DNA of 64,000 nucleotides from NCBI GenBank assembly GCA_963704325.1, contig OY969885.1:76707-140706 (forward strand), written 5' to 3'. Both the position numbers and the translations under genes were made by a program. The stretch is from an uncultured Chloroflexia bacterium (GTDB taxonomy: Bacteria > Chloroflexota > Limnocylindria > Limnocylindrales > CSP1-4). The notes beneath the pieces are model-generated. The model saw nothing but the letters and a program-made list of their open reading frames with translations. It did not search any database and was not told where the DNA came from. Below are positions 1 through 8,204 of the stretch, piece after piece; the first letter of the stretch is position 1, and each line of letters opens with the position of its first letter.

Positions 1-197
1 CCCGCGGCACCCACGAAGGGCCGTCCCTCCTGGTCCTCGTTGTAGCCTGGTCCTTCGCCAACGAATACGACCTCCGTCTCCGAGTGGCCCTCGCCCGGCA
101 CAGCTTTCGTGCGCGTCACGGCAAGCGGACAGAGTGTGCAGCCGGCGACCTCGGTCGCTATGACCTCGAGAGCCTGCCTGCGTTCATCGGGCGTCAC
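1..197 (-). CDS. Uracil-DNA glycosylase family 4 (N-terminal part; gene runs off the window start)
   Basis: Minus-strand translation from GTG at 197 gives MTPDERRQALEVIATEVAGCTLCPLAVTRTKAVPGEGHSETEVVFVGEGPGYNEDQEGRPFVGAAG. It shows the GE(G)PG..ED and PFVG..G motifs plus the C..C cluster typical of family-4 UDG. It is not in the ORF track because there is no stop inside the window. Confidence 0.65.
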   Translation of the reverse strand, partial: MTPDERRQALEVIATEVAGCTLCPLAVTRTKAVPGEGHSETEVVFVGEGPGYNEDQEGRPFVGAA

Positions 198-370
198 GAA
201 TGCAGGTCGCCCGCTGTGTGCCCTTTGCGCCTGGTGAGAGACATGATTTCACTCAAAGCGGATATCCAATTGGGCACGGTCTCGATGATACCCCGCCTCC
301 CTGCCCGCTGCGCCCCGAACGGGCGGTGACGGGGAGGTCACCCACGACTGATACCGGTCGCTGAGTACTA

Positions 371-401
371 AACGGCCCGCCGGGCTGTCCGGCGGGCCGT
401 T
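371..401 (-). terminator. GC-rich hairpin downstream of pnp, intrinsic-terminator-like and possibly bidirectional
   Basis: Perfect 13-bp stem aacggcccgccgg / ccggcgggccgtt with loop gctgt, lying 35 nt past the pnp stop at 436. T-rich flanks occur on both strands (cttctttg on plus, tttagta on minus). Confidence 0.6.
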
Positions 402-435
402 CTTCTTTGCGTCTCGCGACTGGAGCTTCGGAGGG

Positions 436-3048
436 CTAGACCTCGGCCGGCTCCGCGTTCTCGGGTGACTTCGCCTGGTGGCGTTGCATGGCTGCCTTGC
501 GCGAGAGGTTGACCCTCCCCTGCCGGTCAACCTCGACCACGACGACCATGATCTCGTCGCCGACTGAGACCACGTCCTCCACGGTGGGCACGTGGTAGTC
601 GGCCAGCTCGCCGATGCGCACGAGACCTTCCTTGCCGGGCAGGATCTCGACGAACGCGCCGAAGGTCATGATCCGGGTCACCTTGCCCAGGTACAGACCG
701 CCGACCTCGACCTCACGAGTGATCCCTTCGATCATCGCGATGGCCGCACGCGACTTGTCGGCGTCGATCGCTGCGATCTCGACCGTGCCGTCGTCCTCGA
801 CGTTGATCTCTGTGCCGGTGTCCTCCTGGATCTTGCGGATCGTGGCGCCGCCCTTGCCGATGATGTCGCGGATCTTCTCCGGGTTGATCTTGATCGTGGT
901 GATGCGCGGCGCGAATGCCGACATCTCCTCACGGGCGCTGGGCAGAACCTCGGTCATCTTGTCCAGGATGAACAGCCGCGCGACGCGCGCCTTTTCCAGC
1001 CCGTCGCGAATGACCTGCTCGTTGATGCCCTCGACCTTGATGTCCATCTGGACGGCGGTGATGCCTTCGCTCGTGCCGGTCACCTTGAAGTCCATGTCAC
1101 CGAAGGAGTCTTCCTTGCCCAGGATGTCGGTCAGCACGGCGAACTTGCCGTCACTGCCTGACACGAGGCCCATTGCCGCGCCGGCAACCGGCGCCTTGAT
1201 CGGCACGCCGGCGTCCATCAGCGCGAGCGTCGAGCCGCACGTTGAGGCCATGGACGTCGAGCCGTTCGAGGTAACAGCCTCCGACACCAGCCGGATGACG
1301 TAAGGGAACTCCTCCGACGATGGCAGGACCGGCAGCAGCGCTCGCTCCGCGAGCGCGCCGTGGCCGATGTCGCGCCGCGAGGGCCCGCGCATCGGCTTGT
1401 TCTCACCCGTCGAGTACGGCGGGAAGTTGTAGTGATGGATGTATCGCTTGGACTCGTCGGGGCTGATCGTGTCGATGCGCTGGACGTCGGACGACGGTCC
1501 GAGTGTCGCGACAGTCAGCACCTGGGTCTGGCCGCGCGTGAACAGGGCGGAGCCGTGCGCGCGCGGCAGGAGGCCCGTCTCGACCGAGATCGGTCGGATG
1601 GTGTCGAGATCGCGGCCGTCCATGCGGATCCCCTCAGTGAGCACCAGCTCGCGCACGACCTTCTTCATCAGCAGGCCGGACAGGCCCTTCGAGAAGCGGG
1701 CCACCTTGCGCGCGGCGTCGATCTGCTTGGACGAATCGTCCGCGGAGGTGCCGTTGCGCAGCGAGCGGATCGCGTTGGCGACGGTCTCCTTGTACAGCTT
1801 GATTCGGTCGGGCAGGTCGCTGCCCAGGCGGATGAGCAATTGCGCGGTTGCCTCGGCGTCCGGCAGTGCGCGGTGGTTTGGCTCCACCTCGAGCGCGAAG
1901 AAGCGGGCCAGATCACCCAGTTTCAGGTCGCTGTCCGGGTGGGCCTCGCGCGCGATGACCAGCGTGTCCAGGTAGCGTCCCTGCTCGATCTTTTCGCCGG
2001 ACTCCAGCGCCGCCTCAATGAAGCCGATGTCGAAGCCCACGTTGTGGCCCACCAGCAGGGCGTCGCCTGCCCAGTCCATGAACGTCCGCGCGGCCTCCGC
2101 CGGAGTCGGCGCACCGGCCACGTCCTGGTCGGTGATGCCGTGCAGCTGGCGGCCGACGATCGGTCCGCCCGGATTGACCAGCGTTGACCAGCGATCCTCG
2201 ATCTGGCCGCGGACGACCTTCACGGCACCGATCTCGACCAGTGAACCCTGCTTGACGTCGCGGCTGGTTGTCTCGACGTCGAACACGACAAGCGGGCGAT
2301 CGCCCTTCATTGCATCGACGAGGTCGAGCACAGACTGGACGCTCGGCTCGATGTACGGCACGCGCTTGGCCTTGCCCACCTTCTCGCGCAGCTGCTCCTG
2401 CAGCTCGACGATCGGGACCAGGGAGCGGTGGCCGAACATGATCGCCTCGGCCATGACGGCCTCAGGCACGATCTTGGCGCCGGCCTCGACCATCATGATC
2501 GCGTCGCGCGTGCCGGAGACGACCAGGTCGATCTCCGAATCGGCCAGCTGGCTGTTGGTCGGGTTGAGCACGAGCTCACCGTTGATGCGGCCCACGCGGA
2601 CCGAAGCAACGGGGCCGGCGAACGGGATCTCGCTGATAGTCAGCGCGGCCGACGCGGCGATGGTGCCCAGGATGTCCGGATCGTTCTCCTGGTCGGTCGA
2701 CATGACCGTCAGCACGATCTGGACGTCGTCCTTGTAGCCCTCAGGGAAAAGCGGCCTGATCGGCCGGTCGGTCAGGCGTGCGGCCAGGATGGCTGCCTCT
2801 GACGGACGTGATTCGCGCTTGATGAAGCCGCCCGGGATCTTGCCCGCGGCATACATGCGCTCCTCGAACTCGATCGTCATCGGGAAGAAGTCGAGTCCCT
2901 GGCGCGGCTCGGACCGATTGGCCGTGCCGAGCAGCATTGTGTCGCCGTAGCGAATCGTGACGGATCCACCCGCGAGCAGGGCAAGCCTGCCCGTCTCGAT
3001 GGTGAGGGTGCGACCGGCGATCTCGGTCGTGAGCGTTGTGACTGGCAT
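436..3048 (-). CDS. pnp: Polyribonucleotide nucleotidyltransferase (PNPase) with an inserted DEDDh exonuclease domain
   Basis: 870-aa ORF with two RNase PH halves, a KH domain (IKINPEKIRDIIGKGGATIRKI) and an S1 domain (GKVTRIMTFGAFVEI). It sits immediately downstream of rpsO as in most bacteria. It is about 160 aa longer than typical PNPases because of the insert at aa ~252-410. Confidence 0.95.
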   Translation of the reverse strand: MPVTTLTTEIAGRTLTIETGRLALLAGGSVTIRYGDTMLLGTANRSEPRQGLDFFPMTIEFEERMYAAGKIPGGFIKRESRPSEAAILAARLTDRPIRPLFPEGYKDDVQIVLTVMSTDQENDPDILGTIAASAALTISEIPFAGPVASVRVGRINGELVLNPTNSQLADSEIDLVVSGTRDAIMMVEAGAKIVPEAVMAEAIMFGHRSLVPIVELQEQLREKVGKAKRVPYIEPSVQSVLDLVDAMKGDRPLVVFDVETTSRDVKQGSLVEIGAVKVVRGQIEDRWSTLVNPGGPIVGRQLHGITDQDVAGAPTPAEAARTFMDWAGDALLVGHNVGFDIGFIEAALESGEKIEQGRYLDTLVIAREAHPDSDLKLGDLARFFALEVEPNHRALPDAEATAQLLIRLGSDLPDRIKLYKETVANAIRSLRNGTSADDSSKQIDAARKVARFSKGLSGLLMKKVVRELVLTEGIRMDGRDLDTIRPISVETGLLPRAHGSALFTRGQTQVLTVATLGPSSDVQRIDTISPDESKRYIHHYNFPPYSTGENKPMRGPSRRDIGHGALAERALLPVLPSSEEFPYVIRLVSEAVTSNGSTSMASTCGSTLALMDAGVPIKAPVAGAAMGLVSGSDGKFAVLTDILGKEDSFGDMDFKVTGTSEGITAVQMDIKVEGINEQVIRDGLEKARVARLFILDKMTEVLPSAREEMSAFAPRITTIKINPEKIRDIIGKGGATIRKIQEDTGTEINVEDDGTVEIAAIDADKSRAAIAMIEGITREVEVGGLYLGKVTRIMTFGAFVEILPGKEGLVRIGELADYHVPTVEDVVSVGDEIMVVVVEVDRQGRVNLSRKAAMQRHQAKSPENAEPAEV
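1819..2295 (-). other. DnaQ/RNase T-like DEDDh 3'-5' exonuclease domain embedded in PNPase
   Basis: Exo I is VVFDVETTS, Exo II is LLVGHNVGFDIGF, and Exo III is NHRALPDAEATAQLL (H-x4-D). It is in frame with no stops, and PNPase helical-domain sequence flanks it on both sides. Confidence 0.8.
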
Positions 3049-3050
3049 CA

Positions 3051-3070
3051 GTCCTCCACTTAGGGAGGAC
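3051..3070 (-). promoter_or_regulatory. Hairpin sequestering the pnp Shine-Dalgarno in the 30-nt rpsO-pnp spacer
   Basis: The minus-strand RNA reads GUCCUCC-CUAAGU-GGAGGAC-UG-AUG. The 7-bp stem pairs the only SD-like element (GGAGGA) with an upstream anti-SD. Confidence 0.3.
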
Positions 3071-3078
3071 GGGTTTGC

Positions 3079-3363
3079 TTAGCGGCGCAGTCCCAGGCTG
3101 CCGATAACGGCGCGGTAGCGGGCGTTGTCCTTGCGCATCAGATACGCAAGCAGCCGCCGCCGCTGCCCGACGAGCTTGAGCAGCCCTCGACGAGAGTGAT
3201 TGTCCTTGGGGAAGCTGCGCAGATGCTCGGTCAGTCCCTTGATCCGCTCCGTGAGGAGCGCGATCTGGACCTCCGGCGATCCTGTATCACCTTCCGATCG
3301 GGCGTAGTCCGCCACGATCCCTTCCTTGGTCTCCCGCGCCAGGGGCACCCGTTCCTCCAACAT
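3079..3363 (-). CDS. rpsO: 30S ribosomal protein S15
   Basis: Contains [24 protein letters not shown]...[20 protein letters not shown], a clear S15 signature. An alternative GTG start at 3348 is preceded by GGAGGA. Confidence 0.95.
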   Translation of the reverse strand: MLEERVPLARETKEGIVADYARSEGDTGSPEVQIALLTERIKGLTEHLRSFPKDNHSRRGLLKLVGQRRRLLAYLMRKDNARYRAVIGSLGLRR

Positions 3364-3435
3364 ATTCCTTGTCTTCTAGATCCGCGGAAGTCTAACAGTC
3401 ATCTGCCATTGACGCCGTGCTACCTTCCGCTGCGT

Positions 3436-4839
3436 ATGACGTCCACGGACGAGTCGGCCGCGTCTCGACGCGCGCTCACGACGTGGCCGCTCACGGGAAG
3501 CGCAGAGTTCGATCGGCTACCGGCGACATGGCGTGCGCGCACGGCGCAGGTGCTCGCAGCCGATTTCCAGCGTCACGTCTGCCAGGCCTGGTTCCCGCGC
3601 ACCGTGGACAGCGCCGCCGGTGGCTTCCTGTGCGATTTCGACCGCCGTTGGCGGCCGATCGGACGACAGGACCGCACGTTGGAATTCCAGGCGCGACAGA
3701 CGCGCTCGGCGGCGCGCATAGGTCGTGCGTTCCCGAAGCAGGCGAGTTGGGTCGAGGTGTCGCAGCACGGCTTCCGCTACCTGATGGAGGTCATGCACGA
3801 TCACGTGGAAGGCGGCTGGTACAACGCCGTCAATCGCGCTGGCGACCCGCTCATCGGCGGCTCGAAGCATGCCCACGGCACGGCCTACCTGATCGGCGGC
3901 CTCGCCTCCCTGCACCGGCTGACTGGTGACCCTGATGTGCTCGAGGCGGCAGTCGAGGCGTTCGAATGGCTGGAAGACACTCTGCACGACCCCGTCCAGG
4001 GCGGATACTTCGGGTGGGCGACCAGGGAAGGCAGGCCAATTCGATCCGTAGAGGACCTGCCCCCCGAAATCGCCGACATGCGCGTAGACCCGCTTGGTCA
4101 TGGCATCGGCTTCAAGGACGCGAACGTCCACTCGGACCTCCTCGACGCCTTCACTCAGCTCTACGCTGCCTGGCCCAACGAGCGCCTGAGATCGCGGATG
4201 GCCGAGGTCTTCGAGCTGGTCACGCGGCGCTTCGTCACTGCCGCCGGTTCCATGCACTACCTGGCTTATTCGGACTTCACGCCTGCGCCCACGCTCGAGC
4301 GATACGGCGACCCGAGTCAGACGGCGCCACGCCTGATCGTCGCCGGAGCGATGCTCGGCGCAGGCTCCGATGACATCCTGAGCCTCGTGCGCAGGATGTC
4401 GGACCACGTCGCCGAAGTTGCGTGGGACAGTGAGCGGGGAGGCTTTCGCGACGCCGGCCCCAGCGCCGCGCCCTTCCACCTCGCGGGACACTCGATGAGC
4501 CTGCCCACCAGGTCCTGGTGGGTGCAGACGGAGGCCATGAGGACGACCCTCCTCGTCGCGGCCATCTCCGACGACCCGGAGCCATACCTGCGCCGCTTCG
4601 ACGCCGCTCTGGAGTTCACGCGACGCGAGCTGTTGGACCACCGCCACGCTGGCTGGTACGCGGCCGCACTCTCCGATCAACCGCGCTGGCCGCCGCGTCC
4701 GCACCGTTCTCGCCGGCACAAGGGCAACATCTGGAAGGACGCGTCACACGAGACGGATTTCTACCTCGCTGCGCTGCGCATCCTGGGTGGAGTGGAGGCG
4801 GACGCAGCCCTGCCAGGCTCGCCAGATGCGGCGCATTAG
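3436..4839 (+). CDS. N-acylglucosamine 2-epimerase (AGE) superfamily protein (alpha/alpha six-hairpin)
   Basis: The ORF track starts at 3196 inside rpsO. The first plausible start is ATG 3436 (MTSTDES...). Motifs such as GGWYNAVNRAGDPL..SKHAHGTAYLIGGLASL and VQGGYFGWATREG resemble AGE/cellobiose-epimerase-type proteins. Confidence 0.7.
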   Translation: MTSTDESAASRRALTTWPLTGSAEFDRLPATWRARTAQVLAADFQRHVCQAWFPRTVDSAAGGFLCDFDRRWRPIGRQDRTLEFQARQTRSAARIGRAFPKQASWVEVSQHGFRYLMEVMHDHVEGGWYNAVNRAGDPLIGGSKHAHGTAYLIGGLASLHRLTGDPDVLEAAVEAFEWLEDTLHDPVQGGYFGWATREGRPIRSVEDLPPEIADMRVDPLGHGIGFKDANVHSDLLDAFTQLYAAWPNERLRSRMAEVFELVTRRFVTAAGSMHYLAYSDFTPAPTLERYGDPSQTAPRLIVAGAMLGAGSDDILSLVRRMSDHVAEVAWDSERGGFRDAGPSAAPFHLAGHSMSLPTRSWWVQTEAMRTTLLVAAISDDPEPYLRRFDAALEFTRRELLDHRHAGWYAAALSDQPRWPPRPHRSRRHKGNIWKDASHETDFYLAALRILGGVEADAALPGSPDAAH

Positions 4840-5354
4840 CCGACCCGGTCATTACGGGTCTGGTTCCAATGGATCGGCATGAGCCGATCGTGATCGTCAA
4901 CTCCCGGTGGCCCCTCCAGCACATCGCGGTCGAGCGTTACCCAGGCATGGCCGCGCAATGCGCCTCCGGGGCGGTCGAACCATTCCGCGCCGATGCGAAG
5001 CTGCATGTCATGTGCGCCGGCATCCAGAAATCGATACATCGACAGGGCGCGCACGTAGCAGGTGTCGCGGCCGCGCAAGCCCGGAAGGCGCAGCCACGGT
5101 TGCCGAAGCCGCGCAATTCGCTGCGCGCCGGCGCGCGAGTCAATGGCGCTGGGCCGGGCCGCACTTCTCAGGCCGCCGAGGAAATCCGTCAGGTGCGTCC
5201 GCTCGACGTTGCCCGACAGGCGGATCACAAACCAGCCGATGCGCAGCGACCAGTAGACGTCAGCCGGCGAGCGATAGGCGTGCGCCAAGCGCAGCGCGGC
5301 GCCCCACGGAGTCCACCACGGCGCAAGTCGGTGGAAGGAGCGGGCCACGATCAC
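4836..5354 (-). CDS. Lasso-peptide B2-like transglutaminase-fold cysteine protease (McjB C-terminal-like)
   Basis: 172 aa. The Cys motif RDTCYVRALSMYRFL and the His motif LRGHAWVTLD have the spacing typical of PF13471-type B2 proteins. The GTG start at 5354 overlaps the upstream GT2 stop as GTGA. Confidence 0.75.
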   Translation of the reverse strand: MIVARSFHRLAPWWTPWGAALRLAHAYRSPADVYWSLRIGWFVIRLSGNVERTHLTDFLGGLRSAARPSAIDSRAGAQRIARLRQPWLRLPGLRGRDTCYVRALSMYRFLDAGAHDMQLRIGAEWFDRPGGALRGHAWVTLDRDVLEGPPGVDDHDRLMPIHWNQTRNDRVG

Positions 5355-7222
5355 CGTGCGCTGGGTAGCTGAGCGTCCGCTGCCCGCCAGCGTTCAATCT
5401 CGCTCGGGCTCCAGAACGTTCGCGCGAAGCCCAGCCGTTGCGCCACGCGCTTGACGAACGTGCCGCGTCGCACGAGGCCCTCGTCGCCCATGGGCCGGAG
5501 CAGGGCCCCGAGTCCCACCGGGCCAAGTGCAAGCCAGTTGCGCAGCTCGTCGAGTGGGCCCCACTCGAGTTCGTCCTCGTAGCGGCGGAAGAACTGCGCG
5601 TAGCCCTTCCCGTAGCTGACCTGCTGCGCCCAGTACGCTCGCCAGCTCTGTCGGTGGCGGTGGTGGACGACAGCCCGCGGTGCGAAGGGAAAAGCGCCGC
5701 CAACGGCGCGCAGCAGGCGGGTGTGGAGATCGGCTCCCTCGTACGAGTCGAAGCGCGCATCAAATCCGCCCACCTCCAGCAGGGCCTGGCGGCGGTACAT
5801 GGCGTTTGAGGTGGGTGCCCATGGGTATCGCTTGTGAGCAAGGTGGCGATCGGCACGCAGCCCGCCGCTCGCGTCGACGAAGCGCGCCGCCGCCGTGGTC
5901 GAGCGATAGCCGATCGTCATACCCGCCGCGCCCAGCGCCGGATGAGCCGCCGTGGTCGTTTCTGCAACGGCTCCGAGCAGTGCCCGCAGCCAACCCCTGC
6001 TGGGGACGCAGTCCGCGTCCGTGAAGGCAATCCAGGTGCCCTGCGCGGACCGGATGCCGGCATTGCGCGAACTGCCTGCCGCGCGTCCCGAGCCCCGACT
6101 TGAGCTGCGCAGCACGGTTGCCCCGGAGCTCGCCGCTATCTCTGCGGAAGCATCGCGATTGCGCTCGTCAACAACCACGAGCACCTCGTAATCCGATCGC
6201 GCCAGGCTCTGTGCAAACAGGGCCGACAGGCAGTCACCCAGCGTGCCGGCGGCGTCGCGGACGGGAATCACGACCGACACGCTCGGCGGCCCGGAAGAAC
6301 GCGGCGCGCTCACGCGCTCGCGTCCCGCCGTGCCTCGTCGAACCCGTGCCAGAAGCTGCGGTCCCACATGGCCAGGTAGGCATCGAACTCGGCTGTGTCG
6401 GAGTCGATCTGCCCCAGCCGCAGCCGAGTCGAAGCTGCCATCGCATTCAATCGCCGCTGGGCGCTGCGATAGCCGCGCTGGACGCGATAGCGCAGGCTCC
6501 AGGTCCAGGAAGTCAGCATGGCGAGCGTAGAGGTGAGCCATTGCCGAGCCGTACTGGCGCGCCTGTGCCCAGAGCTCCGCGTCCGATTCGCGATCCTGGT
6601 GGAAGGCCAGCGCAGCTTCGATCAGCTCGATCCGCGGCCCGAACATGTCACGCACACGGAACGAGAACTCCACGTCTTCGCCTGCCTTGAGCTCCTGTGG
6701 CCACCCACCAACGGCAAGCGCCACGCTACGCCGGACGGCCATGTTGCGCGTGTTCGCGAAGGGCAGCTCGCGAGTTTCCAGCGGGCGCCGGGCGACGTTG
6801 AGCCCGTAGCGAGCCGCGAAACGCTGCGCGGCAGTGCGCGGCGGAAAGCTCGCCAATCCCCCGGCAACGATGTTGATTTCAGGGTCGGCGAAGGGTGCGG
6901 CTATCTCGCGCAGCCAGTTGCGGGCCGGAACGCAGTCGGCATCGAGCAGTGCCAGCACTTCGCCGCGCGCCTCATGCATGCCTAAATTCCTGGCCGCGGA
7001 GGGACCGCGCTCGTTCTCCTGCAGCACGCGCAGCCCCGGTATGGCGGCGCCCTGGGCAAGCTCGCGGCTGCCGTCTGTCGAGCCGTTGTCCACGATCAGG
7101 TATTCGGCCGCGGCGCCGCTCAACGGTCGCTGGGCGGCGAGCGCGGCGAGCAGGGCGGGCAGAGTACGCATCGCGTTGAGCATCGGCACGATGACAGAGA
7201 CGGCCGGCTGCGGGCCGATCAC
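5351..7222 (-). CDS. Glycosyltransferase family 2, two GT-A modules in one uninterrupted ORF (probably two genes, see findings)
   Basis: Module 1 has VSVIVPMLNA...YLIVDNGSTDGS...LDADC. Module 2 has VSVVIPVRDA...TDADC. The start was moved from 7315 to GTG 7222, which overlaps the kinase stop as GTGA. Third-position GC indicates a frame switch near 6495-6520 and an internal GTGA junction at 6310-6313. Confidence 0.7.
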   Translation of the reverse strand: MIGPQPAVSVIVPMLNAMRTLPALLAALAAQRPLSGAAAEYLIVDNGSTDGSRELAQGAAIPGLRVLQENERGPSAARNLGMHEARGEVLALLDADCVPARNWLREIAAPFADPEINIVAGGLASFPPRTAAQRFAARYGLNVARRPLETRELPFANTRNMAVRRSVALAVGGWPQELKAGEDVEFSFRVRDMFGPRIELIEAALAFHQDRESDAELWAQARQYGSAMAHLYARHADFLDLEPALSRPARLSQRPAAIECDGSFDSAAAGADRLRHSRVRCLPGHVGPQLLARVRRGTAGRERVSAPRSSGPPSVSVVIPVRDAAGTLGDCLSALFAQSLARSDYEVLVVVDERNRDASAEIAASSGATVLRSSSRGSGRAAGSSRNAGIRSAQGTWIAFTDADCVPSRGWLRALLGAVAETTTAAHPALGAAGMTIGYRSTTAAARFVDASGGLRADRHLAHKRYPWAPTSNAMYRRQALLEVGGFDARFDSYEGADLHTRLLRAVGGAFPFAPRAVVHHRHRQSWRAYWAQQVSYGKGYAQFFRRYEDELEWGPLDELRNWLALGPVGLGALLRPMGDEGLVRRGTFVKRVAQRLGFARTFWSPSEIERWRAADAQLPSAR

Positions 7223-8052
7223 GCGAGGAGCTCGTGCAGTGAGTCGAGGTAAGCGGGATTCGCGTATGCGTCGTTGTAGAGGGCGACTCGGTAGCCGGTC
7301 GCCTGCTCGGCACAACCCACGATGGCCTGGATGATCGATGTGGCCAGGCTTCGGTCGCTCGGAATGACCGTCTGGCGCATGAGCGCCGCGATGCGCTCCG
7401 GACGTTCCAGTGGGGTAACGGCGACCCCTCCGCGCCCACCGCGCCGCTCGAGCTCGAGCAGCACCACCGGTTCCATCGTGAGCGCGCTGCCGTGGGGCCA
7501 GAGCGTCCCGATCGGCATTCTCCGCTTGGGGGTCCAGGCGGAGTATTCCGGCAACGCGGCAACCGCTTGAAGCTCGGGAAACCAGGTAGCGGCTGCCGGG
7601 TCGATGTTCATGAACGAAGTCAGGCCGGATACGCGCCGCGGGCCGTTCATGGCCAGCAGCAGCTTGTCGTCGCCGAGCGAGCGCCAGCCGCGGCGCACCA
7701 GGGCGAGGGTGAACGTCGTCTTGCCGCCGCCGCTGGTGGCGCAGACGATTACGCCACGTGAGCCGTCCGTGAGCCCCGCCGCGTGCAGTGGGACCCAGCC
7801 GGAGCGCCGCCAGCCCGTGGTCAGCACCAGACTCAGCGTGTCCTCGATCTCAGGCCAGGCGCCGGCATCCACCAGGGACCCGGGCAAGCGCAGGGTCCAG
7901 CTCTCGCCATGCGCTCCGAAGCTGCCCGACAGCACTCCCCCGCTGCTGGTCGTGGCGCGCAGTCCGCCCGGCGCCGGATCGACCAGCATCTGCGCGCAGA
8001 CCAGGTAGCTTCCAACTGCCGGATCGCCGTCCGTGACGGACTCCACGTGCAC
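7219..8052 (-). CDS. HPr kinase-like (HprK-related) serine kinase; the N-terminus appears to lie in another frame upstream
   Basis: WVPLHAAGLTDGSRGVIVCATSGGGKTTFTLALVRRGWRSLGDDKLLL is a P-loop in the context seen in HprK-related and lasso-tailoring kinases. The GTG start at 8052 has no SD. Codons with coding-like composition continue upstream (8233 to ~8060) in the +1-related frame. Confidence 0.75.
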   Translation of the reverse strand: MHVESVTDGDPAVGSYLVCAQMLVDPAPGGLRATTSSGGVLSGSFGAHGESWTLRLPGSLVDAGAWPEIEDTLSLVLTTGWRRSGWVPLHAAGLTDGSRGVIVCATSGGGKTTFTLALVRRGWRSLGDDKLLLAMNGPRRVSGLTSFMNIDPAAATWFPELQAVAALPEYSAWTPKRRMPIGTLWPHGSALTMEPVVLLELERRGGRGGVAVTPLERPERIAALMRQTVIPSDRSLATSIIQAIVGCAEQATGYRVALYNDAYANPAYLDSLHELLA

Positions 8053-8204
8053 ATCTAACGAGACCTGCCACGGACGTCGTCTCCGGCCAGGGCATGTCGT
8101 ACAGCGCGAAGTTCGCGGCGATGAGGTCGGCGACTGGTCCCGCCGGGGCTGAAACTGCTATCTGCAGCGGCCCCGCCAGCGTGCCCCATTTGACGGGCGC
8201 GGCG

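Noticed and set aside
84-329. An 81-aa plus-strand ORF at the window start.
   Set aside because: It is antisense to a clear family-4 uracil-DNA glycosylase N-terminus (1-197, minus strand) and has no family resemblance.
7223-7315. An N-terminal extension of the GT2 ORF back to 7315.
   Set aside because: It would overlap the kinase 3' end by 97 nt and reads MCRAGDRLPSRPLQRRIRESRLPRL, which is junk-like. GTG 7222 gives a GTGA coupling and places the VSVIVP motif at the usual distance from the start.
8055-8189. A 44-codon ATG ORF (MGHAGGAAADSSFSPGGTSRRPHRRELRAVRHALAGDDVRGRSR) between the PqqD and kinase genes, considered as a candidate RiPP precursor.
   Set aside because: It is Arg-rich with an off-frame composition. 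The overlapping frame has far better coding statistics and looks like the kinase N-terminus.
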